Positions 28,509 through 38,649 are shown, counted from the stretch's first letter. The stretch is 41,699 bases of DNA from Candidatus Woesearchaeota archaeon (GCA_964578345.1 CAZOCP010000001.1:70923-112621), one strand, 5' to 3'. Notes: a model not told the origin generated them from the letters alone. Program-made: numbers and translations.

Positions 28509-29810
28509 TTAATAGACCGGCTGTTTTATATGTAAGAAACCAATGAAAAGCATATTTAAAATACCTACTATAAGGATGATTAATAAAGTCATTTGCATAG
28601 GAGCAAGGCCGGTGTTAAGCTGAGCAACCGAGATTATTACTAGAATAATCATTAAAATCATCGGAGCAGCTATAACTATCCCAATATAAATATCCATAAA
28701 TGTCTCAGCAAGTTTTGTGTATTTTTCTCTTTCTAATCTATAAGATATAAGCAGAGTTTCTGCTCTCTTTGCAAAAAAGTCAGCCAGATTTCCTCCAGAG
28801 GTTATAGTAGTAGACAAACCAGAGAATAACTCTGAGAGTTTAGTGCTCGGAGTACTTGTAGTAACAGCATTCAAGGCGTTCACAAGATCATAGCCATATA
28901 AATTAATCTGGTTCAATACTTTGCGTATCTCTTTCCTTAAATATGGATACTCTCTGCTTAATTCAATTATCCTGAATATCTGGGAGGGCTCAATTCCCGA
29001 GCCAGCAATTGCACTCATATGAATAACAGCAAAAGGCAGTTCTTGATCAATTTTTTTTGCAATAGATTTTTTTTCAGTCGAAGGATAATAATACAGTGCT
29101 AAAAATACCATAAGGGGCATAATTATAGGCACCAAGGAAACCACGACAACTCTTGTTATGTTTAATTCAGAGAATTTTACAAATGGGTAAACAAAGCTCA
29201 TATCGAAAAATAGTAATATCACCGACAAAATTAAAGCAAAGAAAAGAGATAAAAGAGTTGTAAATAAAGTCGTAGCCACATAAGCCGGAAATAAAATATT
29301 CAGGTTTGCTCTGCGCAGTTCTAACGGAAGAGGCTTAAAATAGCCTCGAGATATAAGTTGGCTTGCAGTTGAAAGAAAGAATTTATTTGACATTTTGATA
29401 TATCCTCTTGCTGCTTTAAACTCTTCTATTTTTTCAACATTAATGGCGGGTCGCCTTTTAATTTTTTTAATAATCTGTTCAGTGATGCTCAGCTCTTGCA
29501 GAAATTTCTCTCTATCCTTTTCATACAATACAACCCTTTCCTCACTCTCCCCTCTTTGAATAATCACCTCTTTCAATAGAGAATTTTTCTGTTTTGAAAT
29601 ACTAGGTAATTCCTGCGCAATAGGCAGATTTGCGAGAAGAGCCGAGGTATTTTCATTAAGTATTTTAATGCCGGACTCTAAAGCATCAATTGCTTGAATA
29701 AGGAGTTTTTTTTCATTGTCAGAAGAATATCTTGCTCTTTGCCCATATTCTGCCATTTCCATAAGCATCTTAATTTCCGTAGAGATATTTTGTCGAAGCG
29801 GGTCTATCAT
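28509..29810 (-). CDS. Type IV pilus/T2SS-F platform membrane protein
   Basis: IDQELPFAVIHMSAIAGSG, GYDLVNAL, TPS and SGGNL. Confidence 0.88.
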   Translation of the reverse strand: MIDPLRQNISTEIKMLMEMAEYGQRARYSSDNEKKLLIQAIDALESGIKILNENTSALLANLPIAQELPSISKQKNSLLKEVIIQRGESEERVVLYEKDREKFLQELSITEQIIKKIKRRPAINVEKIEEFKAARGYIKMSNKFFLSTASQLISRGYFKPLPLELRRANLNILFPAYVATTLFTTLLSLFFALILSVILLFFDMSFVYPFVKFSELNITRVVVVSLVPIIMPLMVFLALYYYPSTEKKSIAKKIDQELPFAVIHMSAIAGSGIEPSQIFRIIELSREYPYLRKEIRKVLNQINLYGYDLVNALNAVTTSTPSTKLSELFSGLSTTITSGGNLADFFAKRAETLLISYRLEREKYTKLAETFMDIYIGIVIAAPMILMIILVIISVAQLNTGLAPMQMTLLIILIVGILNMLFIGFLHIKQPVY

Positions 29811-29968
29811 ATTATTTTATTAATCTGGCTTTGAAACTGAATAAGCTCTTTCTTGATTATTCTGGCTTTTTCTACATCTTTCTTTTGATAAGATGCCTCA
29901 AACGCTTCAAGAAGGTCCTGCATGCCAGTAAGAAGCTGGGCGAGGAGAACGATTTCCTCTTTCTTCAT
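29807..29968 (-). CDS. Small helical protein (53 aa) translationally coupled to the platform gene
   Basis: Not in ORF track; MKKEEIVLLAQLLTGMQDLLEAFEASYQKKDVEKARIIKKELIQFQSQINKII; its TGA overlaps the next ATG (ATGA). Confidence 0.7.
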   Translation of the reverse strand: MKKEEIVLLAQLLTGMQDLLEAFEASYQKKDVEKARIIKKELIQFQSQINKII

Positions 29969-29999
29969 GCTTTTAAATTCAAAACTATATTTATATATT

Positions 30000-31535
30000 T
30001 TACTTGGCTGTCTTTACAAGATTATATTCTCTAATAACCTCTTCAGGCTTCTTGTAATAATCATTAATCACTTTCTGGACTTCAACAAACCCAAATATTT
30101 TTCTTTTATACATCTCATATAGTATATTTGCACGAATACTAAACTCTCTATATAATTTTTCTATAGGTATCCCATTTCTTAATGATATTTTATCAAATAT
30201 CCTGCTCTGCTTCTTAAAAAAGAATAAATCCTGTGCAGGCTCCCATATCAACGGGGTGTTTATCACTGCTGTACCGTCTAAATTAACCTTTACTATCTCA
30301 GCTACTTCTCTGATCCTTCTTGTCTGTTGATTGCGCACTGTTGCGTGCGTCGCTATCACAACACAATCAAGAGAGTTGACAAGCGTAGGAGATAATTCTA
30401 TAGGTGGAGTCTGCAATCTTCTGATAAGAGTATCAACTGAATCTGCATGCATAGTGCTTATAGATGCGTGTCCGGAAGCCATGCCTTGAAACAGAACAAA
30501 AGCTTCTTTTCCTCTTACTTCACCGACTATTAAGTAATCCGGATTTTGTCTAAAAGAATTTTTTAGTATATCAAATAAATCAACTTCCCCTACTTTGCCT
30601 GCACCAACCGAAGTTCTAGCTACAGCAGGCAACCAGTTTTCCCGAGGAAGATTAATTTCTCTAGTATCTTCCAAGCTTACAACTCTTGCCTCAGGAGGAA
30701 TGAAAAAAGCGAGAGCATTCAAAAAAGTTGTTTTTCCAGATGCGGTCCCTCCAGCTATTAATATATTGGATTTATATTGAAGTAATATCCAGAAATATGC
30801 CAGCATCTCTGGGCTTACAGTATTAAAAGATAATAGCTGAATCGGAGTCCAAGGCACATTAGTAAACTTTCTAATCGTAAAAGTCGGCCCTCGAGAAGTA
30901 ACATCTTTAGTGTAAGTGGCATTGACTCTGCTGCCGTCTGGCAGGCTTCCATCGAGAAGAGGCTGGGCATATGAAACATACCTTCCAGTTCTTTGAGCAA
31001 GTTTCTCGACAAAACTTGCAGCATGCTCAGGATTTACAAATTTTACATTCGTCTTTAAATTTCTATATATTCTATGAACGACATATACCGGAGTGTCAAC
31101 ACCATTACACTCTATATCTTCTATATAATAATCTCTTATAATCGGCTCAATTTCATTTAATCCAATAAAGTCTCTATAAAGATAGTAGAATATTTTTTTA
31201 TAAGTTTCCTCACTCATCTTTACATTTAATTCATCAAGAAGAAGTCTGGCAGTTTTGTCAATATACGCAGCAGTTGCTTCAACACTATTTTCCACAGACA
31301 CATTAATATTTACTATCTCTTGAATAGCCGACTCTAATTTAATCAGTGCATTCTTTTCATGCTCTTGCAGGATAGGCTCTTCTACGTCATAAACTAGCTC
31401 ATTTATTTTATCATCCCAATAAATATGGGCTGAAGCATAAGGAGAAATGAGGACATATCTTACATCGGTCTTTGTTTTATCTTTAAGGCGAGGCAGGGCA
31501 GGTACACTCGGCGTAGGATTTAGAGTCATCACCAT
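30000..31535 (-). CDS. Type IV pilus assembly ATPase (FlaI/TadA/VirB11-like)
   Basis: IEDIECNG, TIRKF, GGTASGKTT, EDTRE, RQNPDYLIVGEVRG and GHASISTMHA; start uncertain (31535 or 31529). Confidence 0.93.
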   Translation of the reverse strand: MVMTLNPTPSVPALPRLKDKTKTDVRYVLISPYASAHIYWDDKINELVYDVEEPILQEHEKNALIKLESAIQEIVNINVSVENSVEATAAYIDKTARLLLDELNVKMSEETYKKIFYYLYRDFIGLNEIEPIIRDYYIEDIECNGVDTPVYVVHRIYRNLKTNVKFVNPEHAASFVEKLAQRTGRYVSYAQPLLDGSLPDGSRVNATYTKDVTSRGPTFTIRKFTNVPWTPIQLLSFNTVSPEMLAYFWILLQYKSNILIAGGTASGKTTFLNALAFFIPPEARVVSLEDTREINLPRENWLPAVARTSVGAGKVGEVDLFDILKNSFRQNPDYLIVGEVRGKEAFVLFQGMASGHASISTMHADSVDTLIRRLQTPPIELSPTLVNSLDCVVIATHATVRNQQTRRIREVAEIVKVNLDGTAVINTPLIWEPAQDLFFFKKQSRIFDKISLRNGIPIEKLYREFSIRANILYEMYKRKIFGFVEVQKVINDYYKKPEEVIREYNLVKTAK

Positions 31536-31566
31536 AATTTTAATCAGCAAAAGAATTATTTAAAGC

Positions 31567-31611
31567 TATGGATAACTGCATGGCTTAGATAACTTGGTTT
31601 TGGCAGTTCTC
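31567..31611. promoter_or_regulatory. Copy 2 of the 45-bp upstream element
   Basis: TATGGATAACTGCATGGCTTAGATAACTTGGTTTTGGCAGTTCTC directly upstream of the minus-strand TATA (TTTAAATA, 31564-31557) of the ATPase. Confidence 0.7.
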
Positions 31612-31617
31612 AATATT

Positions 31618-32148
31618 TTATCTATCTTCTGAAATAACTATTTTTCCTCCGCCCTTATTTTCAATTGAAAATCTATAAGGTGTAGAAGCAGCTTCAAATT
31701 TTTGTGTTCCCCCAGCATTTAAATCTCCATATAATATATCAACTTTGTCTTTATCATAATCCAAATTCAATATAGTTTTATATCCCTTTGCCGTTTTTCC
31801 AGATTCTAAGTTTATCTTGCCAGAATTTATACCTATATCTATTTCAGAATAAGGTTTTCTTAGGTCTTCTATTGTAAAAATAATCATATCATTTTCAGGA
31901 TTAATACTTAGCTCTCCCTTTTTTATAGTTAGTTCTATCTGTCTGACATTGCCTTCCCCAGTTGATATTACAGACGCTATTTTTTCATCAAAAATTCTCA
32001 TCATTTCAACAGATTTTTCTATAAATGCCCTCTCTTGCTCATGAATTATTTTAGGTACAACAAAAGCCAAAACCAATCCTATTAACACCATTCCTATTAC
32101 TAAGTAAATGACTGTTTCTATCCAAACTTGCGATCTTTTTTCATTCAT
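31618..32148 (-). CDS. Pilin-like protein
   Basis: EKRS|QVWIETVIYLVIGMVLI. Confidence 0.75.
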   Translation of the reverse strand: MNEKRSQVWIETVIYLVIGMVLIGLVLAFVVPKIIHEQERAFIEKSVEMMRIFDEKIASVISTGEGNVRQIELTIKKGELSINPENDMIIFTIEDLRKPYSEIDIGINSGKINLESGKTAKGYKTILNLDYDKDKVDILYGDLNAGGTQKFEAASTPYRFSIENKGGGKIVISEDR

Positions 32149-32149
32149 G

Positions 32150-32725
32150 TTAAGATATTAAGTCTACATTCTCTCCATCGGCATTTTTTGTGCATTCTAT
32201 TACTTTCATATTATCTGTCATAGGACAGATTTTACCAGATTTTAAAATAGGATAAACTTCTATTTTCTTATATTCTTCAATACCCCCATTATAAACATAA
32301 GTCAGCACTTCTCCTTGTTTAGGTATTCTTATCCCTCCTAAAACCCTCTCCCCCAGAATCCATACCCCCTCCTGATTTTTATCTTTTGTCAATCCAGATA
32401 TTACATCTTTAGTTTTTGACGAAGAGTCTTTTATAAAAACAAGTTTAAATCCATTAACCTCATTTGCAATCTCATCATCACCAACACTTGCTTTTATAGA
32501 TATTCCATAAAAGAAAGCATTATTACTATTCTTTTGAAAACAGCTATATCCAAGAGATTCTTCAACAATAAAATAATCTCTATACACAAAACACTCTCTG
32601 CTCTCACTCAAACTTTTTTGCACAAATGGAACAACGACTTGAGATACTATTCCAGCAATAACAACTGTTATAAGTAAGATAAGTACAGTTGCAACAACAG
32701 TAGAAATGCCTTTTTTTCTGTTCAT
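32150..32725 (-). CDS. Archaeal type IV pilin
   Basis: RKKG|ISTVVATVLILLITV. Confidence 0.85.
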   Translation of the reverse strand: MNRKKGISTVVATVLILLITVVIAGIVSQVVVPFVQKSLSESRECFVYRDYFIVEESLGYSCFQKNSNNAFFYGISIKASVGDDEIANEVNGFKLVFIKDSSSKTKDVISGLTKDKNQEGVWILGERVLGGIRIPKQGEVLTYVYNGGIEEYKKIEVYPILKSGKICPMTDNMKVIECTKNADGENVDLIS

Positions 32726-32732
32726 AATTTAT

Positions 32733-33227
32733 TTAAGTAACAACAACTTCAACACCCTTTTTTTCACATAAATATCCTTTTGTTTTCTCGTCAATTTCTC
32801 CTAAAATTATCGGGATTATAATAATTTTGTCATCTTTTGAGACAGATATTATTTTATCTTGTGCAGTTCCTGCTTCACCGCTGAGCAGAGACCCCTGTGC
32901 CCTAGGCCCCGTAAAAGCTAATTTATCATTTATAATTTGGCGCGAGCTTATTCCTTTCTTTTTTACCTGCAATTGATAAATAGGAATATTGCCCCTATTT
33001 ATTGCTGAAATTTTTAAATAAGCCCCATCTTTGATTGCATTAGCACTCAAATCTACTTTTTCACAAACTGTCTCTATCGCTTCAGGACCATATCCTAAAT
33101 CTTTCTGTAATTTCTCTCCAACAAAACTTTTAGCCCACAGAAAAATAATAACCGCAAGAACCAATGCAATTGCAATAAGAAGCATAGTTGCTATAATCGG
33201 CGACACCCCTCTTTTCCATTTAATCAT
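32733..33227 (-). CDS. Archaeal type IV pilin
   Basis: KRG|VSPIIATMLLIAIAL; NRGN motif. Confidence 0.87.
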   Translation of the reverse strand: MIKWKRGVSPIIATMLLIAIALVLAVIIFLWAKSFVGEKLQKDLGYGPEAIETVCEKVDLSANAIKDGAYLKISAINRGNIPIYQLQVKKKGISSRQIINDKLAFTGPRAQGSLLSGEAGTAQDKIISVSKDDKIIIIPIILGEIDEKTKGYLCEKKGVEVVVT

Positions 33228-33268
33228 TATATTAATGATGTATAATAATTTAAAAACTTATGCAATTA

Positions 33269-34246
33269 TTAGGTTTCTACCTCTTTTTTAGTGATATACT
33301 CAAATGCAGAATATGCTGCAGTGCATCCTTCTGCAACTCCGGTGATTGCTTGCTTAAATGGCTTGTCAGCTACATCGCCGGCCGCAAACAGCCCAGGAAT
33401 ATTAGTCTCAGACGTTTTATGGTCTATGATAATTTCTCCCCCTTCGTTTATTTTTACTCCTAATGGAACAGCCAAACCAGATAATGCGATGTGCCCAATT
33501 GCAACAAAAATTCCACGCACTTCCAGAGTCCTGCCGCCATTATATTCTCTATCGAGAATAACAGAATTTACAAATTTATCTCCTTTAATTTCACTAACAT
33601 TCGCTCTATTAATAATTTCAATTTTTTTATTAGATTCTATTCTTTTCATATTAATTGGTTCAGGCCTAATTTTCTCGCCCCTATATATAATATATACTTT
33701 TTTTGCATGTTCAGCCAAAAACAGTGCGTCTTTTGCCGCACTGTCTGATCCTCCAACTACACAAACAGTTTTATTTCGGAATAGCGGAGCATCGCATAAA
33801 GCACAATAAGCCACTCCTTTATTTTCAAACTCCCCGCTTCCAGGCACTTCAAGCTTTTTCCATTTCGTTCCTGTTGCAAACAAAACAGTTTTTGACAAAT
33901 AAACTTTTTTATCGCTTTCTACAAGAAAACCGTCTCCTTTTTTTTCTACTTTCTCCACTTTTTCTTCTCTTATATTTACTAAAGGATATGAAGCTGCATG
34001 TTTATATATAGCCTCAGAAAGCTCCGCCCCGGTTAACCGAATAAATCCAGGATAATTTTCAACAATATTTGTCGTTGTAATTACTCCTCCAATAGGCAGT
34101 TCAGAGCCATGCATTGCTCCAAGGCAGATAGTTCTCAGTCCTAGTCTAGCACCATACATAGCAGCCGCCAATCCGGCCACGCCGGCCCCAATAATTAAAA
34201 AATCATATTCTTCAGATTGTTTTTTTTGAATTTCTTCTTTTTTCAT
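33269..34246 (-). CDS. trxB: Thioredoxin reductase
   Basis: GAGVAG FAD site, ENYPG, CALCD, GGSDSA and FAAGD. Confidence 0.93.
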   Translation of the reverse strand: MKKEEIQKKQSEEYDFLIIGAGVAGLAAAMYGARLGLRTICLGAMHGSELPIGGVITTTNIVENYPGFIRLTGAELSEAIYKHAASYPLVNIREEKVEKVEKKGDGFLVESDKKVYLSKTVLFATGTKWKKLEVPGSGEFENKGVAYCALCDAPLFRNKTVCVVGGSDSAAKDALFLAEHAKKVYIIYRGEKIRPEPINMKRIESNKKIEIINRANVSEIKGDKFVNSVILDREYNGGRTLEVRGIFVAIGHIALSGLAVPLGVKINEGGEIIIDHKTSETNIPGLFAAGDVADKPFKQAITGVAEGCTAAYSAFEYITKKEVET

Positions 34247-34283
34247 CTGCCTTAAATAGAAAAGATGTTATATAAATAATTCG

Positions 34284-34484
34284 TTAAGTAACTTTTTGCC
34301 AAATAAAATCTTTATTAATTCTATAACCTTTTTTAAGTTTCCATCCTTTTTTTGTCAAAAGAGTTAATTCATTTTGATAACCAATGTACCGCTTTCCATC
34401 TTTTACATTTACTGCTCCTCCGACCATACAGACAGAATATTCAAAACTAGGGGAAAAACTCTCCCACACCTGCCTTTTTTTCAT
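34284..34484 (-). CDS. Small hypothetical protein
   Basis: 66-aa ORF with an upstream TATA-like element; no motif recognised. Confidence 0.35.
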   Translation of the reverse strand: MKKRQVWESFSPSFEYSVCMVGGAVNVKDGKRYIGYQNELTLLTKKGWKLKKGYRINKDFIWQKVT

Positions 34485-34625
34485 ATTAATACTACAAACT
34501 ATTATTTTATAAAACTTTGTTTTTCAAACATACAACATAGAATCTCTTTGTCTTAACTATAAGATAGTCATGAGCCGAAAAGTATATATAGTTAGAATTT
34601 ATTCAATAGCAAAGATAAATTAAAC

Positions 34626-35219
34626 ATGACACAAAGAATCTATCAAACAGCAAAAAGTACCTTAGCTTCACTTGCACTTGGAGGAGCACTAGCCTTAACA
34701 CCCAACTACAGTAATGGTAAAGAAAACAATCAGGCATTTCTGCCAGTGCAAGAACAAACTATTGCTAAGTTCAGAGAACAGAAATATGGCGAACATTATG
34801 ACCGACACCTTTCTGCTTACAAACTTTCACATGAAGCAGCCATCATATTATTTAACAATTCTATTTCTGACTACACTTTTTCTGTGGCCGAGCAGCAAGA
34901 AGTATACAATAAACTGATAGAAAATAGAATCTCTAGAGAAATAGTACTTGAATTTGCTGCGAAATATCATTTATCTACTGAAGAAGAAATTAAAGAGCAA
35001 AGAGAAGTCAGCAATCTTTACAAACTGCTTGATAAAAATTTAACAGGCATAGATCATGGCAGGCCAGAATTAGAAAAAACACTTGAGAAACAAGGAATAT
35101 ATATTAAAGTCGGCAGTAAACCTACACAGAGTGAAAAAGGCATAGCACTTACAACCCTTGGTTTGATCGGTCTCCTCGCCCCCTTTTCTCTTATACTTAT
35201 AGCCAAACTAAGTAATTAA
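34626..35219 (+). CDS. Hypothetical exported/membrane protein
   Basis: Signal-like N-terminus, C-terminal TM; BRE/TATA GAAAAGTATATATA upstream. Confidence 0.65.
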   Translation: MTQRIYQTAKSTLASLALGGALALTPNYSNGKENNQAFLPVQEQTIAKFREQKYGEHYDRHLSAYKLSHEAAIILFNNSISDYTFSVAEQQEVYNKLIENRISREIVLEFAAKYHLSTEEEIKEQREVSNLYKLLDKNLTGIDHGRPELEKTLEKQGIYIKVGSKPTQSEKGIALTTLGLIGLLAPFSLILIAKLSN

Positions 35220-36368
35220 TCAATTAATCCTCTTCCCATCTTCATAAACAAACATCTTCCTCTTCGCTAATTCATCAAAAAAGGGATTATGAGGCACACA
35301 AGCTTCAGGTCCATGAACTCCAACTTTTTCAATTAAATTTTTTTTAAGCATTTGTGAGATTATACTTATAGTACGCCCAGTATCTACATTGCTTCCAGCA
35401 TCTTCCCATCCTTCTGTTGTTTTAACGATGCAATTAATCTCGCTGATTTTCTTTTTGCCGTCTTTTAATCCTTCAATCTCGACCCATATATTTTCTATTT
35501 CTTTATATTTTTTCGGCACATCAAGTTTATTAAGAACTTTATCAGCAAAGTCGATAGGCTTTATCTTAATCCCGCCTATGTCGATTTCTTTTCTAGAATG
35601 GAAATTTAAATCCATCAAAGTTTTGATTATTTTCATCGAATGTTCAGGAAACCCGGCCAAATAATGCACATTTTTCAATCCAAATTTTTTAAAATATCTA
35701 GCAAAAGTATAAACTTCTGAATGTACAATACAATACGTAGTTTGTTTTCCTATTTCTTTAAAATTAAAAGTCCCCTTGCAGATTATTCTATCAGATTTTC
35801 TAAATTTCCCATTAAGAAAAATAACTGGCCTTTGTACAAATTCATCAAAAATACTATGCATAGAATAAGGAATAACAAATTTTTTTATGTTTGAATCCCA
35901 TGCAAAGCCTAAATTAATAGTATCTACAGAATCAAATTTTTCCAAAGCATGAGCAGCCATAATATTGCTTATTCCAGGAGTTGAGCCGCATCCGGTAATA
36001 TTTAATATTCTTGCTTTTTTAAATGCATTATGCAATTTAAATTGCTGCAGAGTTATATTTTGTAAACCTCCTAAATCAGTGCATGATTTCTTTGTTTTCA
36101 AGCATGCTTTCATAATATCAACATTAAAAATTAATTCAGCGCAGTTTACGACAACATCAGCACCAGAGAAAATTATCGCTCTCGCGATAGATTCATCGCT
36201 TTTCAGATCAACATAGGTAAAACCAGCAGATTTATTTTTTAGCAGGCCAGTTACAGCATTTTTATTTCTGCCAGCAACCATTACTTTATAGCCAGATTCT
36301 AATAAATCTCTTACACACAACCTGCCTTGTTGTCCAGTCCCCCCAAATACAATAAAATCATATTTCAT
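35220..36368 (-). CDS. Saccharopine dehydrogenase-family oxidoreductase (lysine 6-/carboxyspermidine dehydrogenase-like)
   Basis: GGTGQQG Rossmann fold, DLGG, GCGSTPGISN, HSE and GVHGPE. Confidence 0.85.
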   Translation of the reverse strand: MKYDFIVFGGTGQQGRLCVRDLLESGYKVMVAGRNKNAVTGLLKNKSAGFTYVDLKSDESIARAIIFSGADVVVNCAELIFNVDIMKACLKTKKSCTDLGGLQNITLQQFKLHNAFKKARILNITGCGSTPGISNIMAAHALEKFDSVDTINLGFAWDSNIKKFVIPYSMHSIFDEFVQRPVIFLNGKFRKSDRIICKGTFNFKEIGKQTTYCIVHSEVYTFARYFKKFGLKNVHYLAGFPEHSMKIIKTLMDLNFHSRKEIDIGGIKIKPIDFADKVLNKLDVPKKYKEIENIWVEIEGLKDGKKKISEINCIVKTTEGWEDAGSNVDTGRTISIISQMLKKNLIEKVGVHGPEACVPHNPFFDELAKRKMFVYEDGKRIN

Positions 36369-36369
36369 T

Positions 36370-37515
36370 TTAATTTATAGTTATGCCGTTTTTCAATATG
36401 GCAATACCCCTCTTTCTTAATTCTTTAAACATAAGTTCAGGATTGATGATATATTCAGGAGCAAAAACTCCATGACTTCTAACATTCCCATTCAAAATCA
36501 TTTGTGCCCCAATTGAGCAAGGTATTCCGGTATTTAGAGTTCCGCCAGAACTTTTCTTATTAGAATGAGTTATCATATCTATAATTACTCTATTTTTATT
36601 GAACATAACTCTTATTATTTCTTTATCAGCAATTTTCGTTCCTATTTTAGGAATGAACTCATCCATTAATCTAGTTGTTATATTTAATATTTCTAATTTT
36701 TTCCCTGAAAAGAGCAATTCCTCATGAGACGTAAATCCATTTTCAATTAATATTTTAATTGTTTCACTAAAATCTTCCGGAAATGTAGCTCTAAATTCGC
36801 ATTTTTTCAGTCCTCTCTTTTCAAAAAATTCTGGCAAAGTAGCTAACTCTGAATGCAAAGTTAAATAACCAGTTTGTACGCCAAATTCATCTCCAAAATT
36901 ATATTTTTTAGGTTCAGAGCGAGGTTCAACAAAGCGCAATTTTCCATCTCTAAAGACAGCTGGTTTCATTGTATATTCATCAACCAGAGTTTTAAAACTG
37001 TAAGGAAGAACAAATTTTTGTTTATATGTAGTAAAATCTTTATCAGCAAATACAATTTCTAATTCTTTAATTTCTTTTAGGAATCTAGAGCCATAAGCTG
37101 CAAGAATATTGCTCATACCAGGCGAAGCTCCCAAGCCAAGAATAGCAGTTTTTCCAATATCCTGAAAATCCTTGTTTAATTTTAATTGTCTTAAAGTTTC
37201 ATGAAACATCCCCCCTAAATCTACATAATTTATTTTGGCTTCCAGGCATGCTTTCATAATTTCAAGATTTAGATTATATTGCAGGCAGTTTATACAGATA
37301 TCTGCCTTTTTCAAAAAAGAGATAAGTTCTTTTTTATTCTTCACATCAATAGTTTTTCCTATAACTCTTGCAGAATTGAAAGAACTAGCATATTTTGCTA
37401 TTTTCTTAGAGTCTCTTCCTGCAATTATCACCTCATCTTTTTCAGTAAATGAGAACAAATCTCTAACTACTTCTCTCCCTATAATTCCATATCCTCCTAA
37501 GACAACAAACCTCAT
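36370..37515 (-). CDS. Saccharopine dehydrogenase-family oxidoreductase, tandem paralogue
   Basis: GGYGIIG, YVDLGG, GLGASPGMSN, HSE and GVFAPE. Confidence 0.85.
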   Translation of the reverse strand: MRFVVLGGYGIIGREVVRDLFSFTEKDEVIIAGRDSKKIAKYASSFNSARVIGKTIDVKNKKELISFLKKADICINCLQYNLNLEIMKACLEAKINYVDLGGMFHETLRQLKLNKDFQDIGKTAILGLGASPGMSNILAAYGSRFLKEIKELEIVFADKDFTTYKQKFVLPYSFKTLVDEYTMKPAVFRDGKLRFVEPRSEPKKYNFGDEFGVQTGYLTLHSELATLPEFFEKRGLKKCEFRATFPEDFSETIKILIENGFTSHEELLFSGKKLEILNITTRLMDEFIPKIGTKIADKEIIRVMFNKNRVIIDMITHSNKKSSGGTLNTGIPCSIGAQMILNGNVRSHGVFAPEYIINPELMFKELRKRGIAILKNGITIN

Positions 37516-37919
37516 AAATACTCCAACTCCCGTGTTAGCTTTCTTACTTTGTTTTCTATTTTATTAATAATCTCAACTCTCTCTTCAACTTTATTGCTTT
37601 TCACATCTAGTATCTTCCACACAATTACTTTCTTTGCATACTTATTATTTTTCGTAAATATTTCTTTAGGCACATCATCTGCCACAATAACTATCATATC
37701 CTGCCATTTTAACAAGGGCACAGTTATACTTTTTGGTCCCCCATACAAATCTAATTTTTTCTTTCTTAAAGCCAAATAAAGAGAACTATCTCTTGATTGG
37801 CCGGTAAAAATACCTGCGCTTTTCGCATAAATACTTTTATTTTTATTCAGCTTTCTAAATAAAACCTCAGCTACTCTGCTTCTAAACACGTTATATTTGC
37901 AGACGAATAATATATTCAT
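37512..37919 (-). CDS. Low-molecular-weight phosphatase / arsenate-reductase family protein
   Basis: ILFVCKYNVFRS (CX5R) and SAG; start moved to MNILF (37919). Confidence 0.8.
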   Translation of the reverse strand: MNILFVCKYNVFRSRVAEVLFRKLNKNKSIYAKSAGIFTGQSRDSSLYLALRKKKLDLYGGPKSITVPLLKWQDMIVIVADDVPKEIFTKNNKYAKKVIVWKILDVKSNKVEERVEIINKIENKVRKLTRELEYL

Positions 37920-37981
37920 ATATCCTCTTTTCACTTTAATAAACTTAAGATATAAAAATGTTTTGCCTGCTTCACTCAATT

Positions 37982-38046
37982 TTATTTCTTAATTGACCTG
38001 CTGTAAATCTCTTCAACTTTCTTCCAATTCACAATATTCCAGAAAG
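37982..38046 (-). pseudogene. Displaced 3' fragment of sod
   Basis: Translates FWNIVNWKKVEEIYSRSIKK*; 38023-38046 matches 39153-39176 inside sod at 23/24. Confidence 0.85.
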
Positions 38047-38649
38047 TCATTCATATATTTCAATAATCTTGGCATTTACTTTGTAATGCTTTATTATGTC
38101 CAATAAATCATCTCTATACTCTATAGGCACCATAACACTGCTCTTTCCTACTTTTCTACCCTCTCTCTTCTCCAAAAAACCACTATATCTCTTATCACCA
38201 ATTTTAAAACCATACAATTTATTTAAGAATGCCCCCCTATTCTTGCCTATTTTATCCCAAAAAATAATGGCATATTTTCTCTCTCCCTTTCCACCATAAA
38301 CATATTTACCATATAAAATAATACCGCTACTTTCAATACTTTTTTTCAAATCCTTCCATTCATCTAGTTTGCCAATAATTAGATTTATTTTATTGTCAAA
38401 TCCCCTACCCCTAAAAATCAAGCCTTCACGACTCTTATAAAAATCATTAAGAATCTTTCCAACACGCTTTTCAAACTTTTTATCTTTTCTTTTAACCTCG
38501 ATAAAAATATCAACATCGCTATCTTTTACAGCATCTCCGCGAGCAACGCTTCCAAATAAGATAATTTTATCTAAATCAGAAGTATCCTTCAAATCTTTTA
38601 ACAAATACGAAACAAAATAGCTTGCATATACTCTAAGCATTTTCAACAC
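38047..38649 (-). CDS. Minimal nucleotidyltransferase (MNT) with extra C-terminal alpha/beta domain, putative antitoxin
   Basis: ILFGSVARG..SDVDIF Pol-beta motif; overlaps the upstream gene. Confidence 0.85.
   Translation of the reverse strand: MLKMLRVYASYFVSYLLKDLKDTSDLDKIILFGSVARGDAVKDSDVDIFIEVKRKDKKFEKRVGKILNDFYKSREGLIFRGRGFDNKINLIIGKLDEWKDLKKSIESSGIILYGKYVYGGKGERKYAIIFWDKIGKNRGAFLNKLYGFKIGDKRYSGFLEKREGRKVGKSSVMVPIEYRDDLLDIIKHYKVNAKIIEIYE

Noticed and set aside
27617-33227. Archaellum operon
   Set aside because: No FlaH/FlaF/FlaG homologues seen, and two platform genes fit a pilus system better
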